A stretch of 32,000 nt of DNA from Anaeromicropila herbilytica (lineage in GTDB: Bacteria; Bacillota; Clostridia; Lachnospirales; Lachnospiraceae): contig NZ_AP024169.1 in NCBI RefSeq assembly GCF_016591975.1, positions 3,777,295 to 3,809,294 of the forward strand, read 5' to 3'. Each line of letters starts with the position of its first letter. The first letter of the stretch is position 1. A program made the position numbers and the translations under genes. This document shows, one piece after another, positions 31,017-32,000 of the stretch. The notes below the pieces were generated by a model. That model searched no databases, was not told the origin of the DNA, and saw nothing but the letters and a program-made list of their open reading frames with translations.

Positions 31017-32000
31017 ATGAAAAAAGCTTCAATATTACTACTACTTGCATTTTCTAGCATTTTTATTCTAAGTGGTTGTAAAAAATCCGATGTTGGTAAA
31101 AATGGCGACGTTTATGTATATAACTGGGGTGAATACATGGATGAAGATGTCATTGATATCTTCGAAAAAGAAACAGGAATTAAAGTTCATTATGACTTCT
31201 ATGTTACGAATGAAGATATGTACCCAAAAGTAAAAACCGGTGCTGTTGATTATGATCTTATCTGTCCATCTGATTACATGATTCAAAGGATGATTGATGA
31301 AAAATTACTAGCAGAAATCAACTTTGATAATGTACCAAACATAAAAAATATTGATAAGACTTACCTAGATAAGTCAAAAGAATTTGACCCCGAAAACAAA
31401 TATTCTGTTCCATATTGTTGGGGAACTCTAGGTATTCTGTATAACAAAAAGATGGTAAAGGAACCAATTGATAGTTGGTCTGTTCTATTTGATAAAAAAT
31501 ATAAAGATAATATCTTAATGATTAATAGTGTTAGAGATGCTATGGGAATCGCTCTTCGTTATTTAGGTTATTCCTTAAATACAACGAATAAAGATGAAAT
31601 CAAACAAGCAAAAGAATTGTTAATCAAACAAAAAGAATTAGTTCAAGGATATTTCGTAGATGAAGTTCGAGACAAAATGATTGGTAATGATGCTGCAATC
31701 AGCGTTATCTACTCTGGTGAGGCAAACTTTACAAAACGTGAAAATAAAGATCTTGAATATGTTGTACCAAAAGAAGGTTCTAACGTATGGATTGATTCTT
31801 GGGTTATTCCAAAGAATTCAAAGAATAAAGAAAATGCTGAGAAATTCTTAAATTTCCTATGCAGAGCGGATATTGCAAAAAAGAACTTTGATTATATTAC
31901 ATATTCAACACCTAATTCCGCTGCAAAGGCTCTTTTAGATAAAGAGACACAAAATAATAAAGTAGCTTTTCCTGATGCTTCCCTTTTAGATAATTGTGAA
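31017..32000 (+). CDS. potD: Spermidine/putrescine-binding lipoprotein, 3'-partial (runs off the window)
   Basis: This ORF is not in the ORF track because there is no stop in the window. I translated it by hand: ATG at 31017 behind 'agagagga', then 'MKKASILLLLAFSSIFILSGC' (lipobox LSGC), 'VYVYNWGEYMDEDV', 'DLICPSDYM', 'VPYCWGTLGILYN', 'WIDSWVIPK'. All 328 codons are open to nt 32000. Confidence 0.9.
   Translation, partial: MKKASILLLLAFSSIFILSGCKKSDVGKNGDVYVYNWGEYMDEDVIDIFEKETGIKVHYDFYVTNEDMYPKVKTGAVDYDLICPSDYMIQRMIDEKLLAEINFDNVPNIKNIDKTYLDKSKEFDPENKYSVPYCWGTLGILYNKKMVKEPIDSWSVLFDKKYKDNILMINSVRDAMGIALRYLGYSLNTTNKDEIKQAKELLIKQKELVQGYFVDEVRDKMIGNDAAISVIYSGEANFTKRENKDLEYVVPKEGSNVWIDSWVIPKNSKNKENAEKFLNFLCRADIAKKNFDYITYSTPNSAAKALLDKETQNNKVAFPDASLLDNCE

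Noticed and set aside
621-31286. Short ORFs from the track that lie antisense to, or out of frame within, large well-supported genes: 621-821, 712-936, 1291-1518, 3237-3428, 5135-5347, 6331-6609, 8496-8714, 9119-9406, 9666-9854, 11670-11921, 11937-12203, 13420-13605, 13578-13871, 13630-13830, 13987-14298, 14644-14898, 14903-15115, 17149-17358, 17434-17907, 17942-18163, 18078-18260, 18639-18887, 19053-19418, 20610-20885, 26152-26358, 26488-26727, 28586-28945, 29594-29836, 29815-30192, 31068-31286.
   Set aside because: Each is fully embedded in a longer ORF with clear family motifs. They lack convincing RBSs and have low-complexity or odd composition typical of shadow ORFs in AT-rich DNA.
1-32000. 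Searched by eye for CRISPR arrays, tRNA/rRNA genes, transposases, integrases, phage structural genes and classical defence-system genes.
   Set aside because: None found. The only mobile-DNA signatures are the three small non-coding repeat families reported above.

Overview
This is a low-GC, gene-dense chromosomal window that looks like Firmicutes/Clostridia (T-box leader, HydABC-type [FeFe] hydrogenase, hemerythrin, GH25 and Amidase_3 cell-wall hydrolases). I saw no rRNA, tRNA, CRISPR array, transposase or integrase.

Gene order:
- A 7TM hybrid sensor kinase carrying two kinase cores, probably 5'-truncated by the window edge, followed by a REC-BTAD response regulator.
- An accessory-looking cassette (3849-8054). 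It holds a minus-strand operon and a divergent regulator gene. The operon encodes a helical-hairpin/glycine-zipper toxin-like protein, two paralogous ~150-aa proteins and a 2-TM protein. The divergent gene fuses an XRE HTH to an FlhA (FHIPEP) cytoplasmic-domain-like module. A 2 x 20-bp tandem repeat lies in the shared intergenic region.
- A secreted FN3x3-Big_2-GH25 muramidase.
- A divergent MetRS-family gene behind a T-box leader.
- A P-type ATPase behind a candidate yybP-ykoY (Mn2+) riboswitch.
- hydC-hydB-hydA.
- An aldo-keto reductase (YghZ/Gpr-like), a hemerythrin and an Amidase_3 amidase.
- An S8 peptidase gene truncated at a repeat copy.
- A 66-aa Cys/Gly-rich duplicated membrane peptide and a small acidic protein.
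- aroC.
- An XRE-cupin regulator plus potABCD. A ~293-bp imperfect palindrome sits between potC and potD, and potD runs off the window.

Three small dispersed repeat families are visible by eye. The best candidate for an undescribed system is the XRE-FlhA_C regulator plus toxin/immunity-like operon. All family assignments come from motif recognition and recalled sequences, not from database searches.
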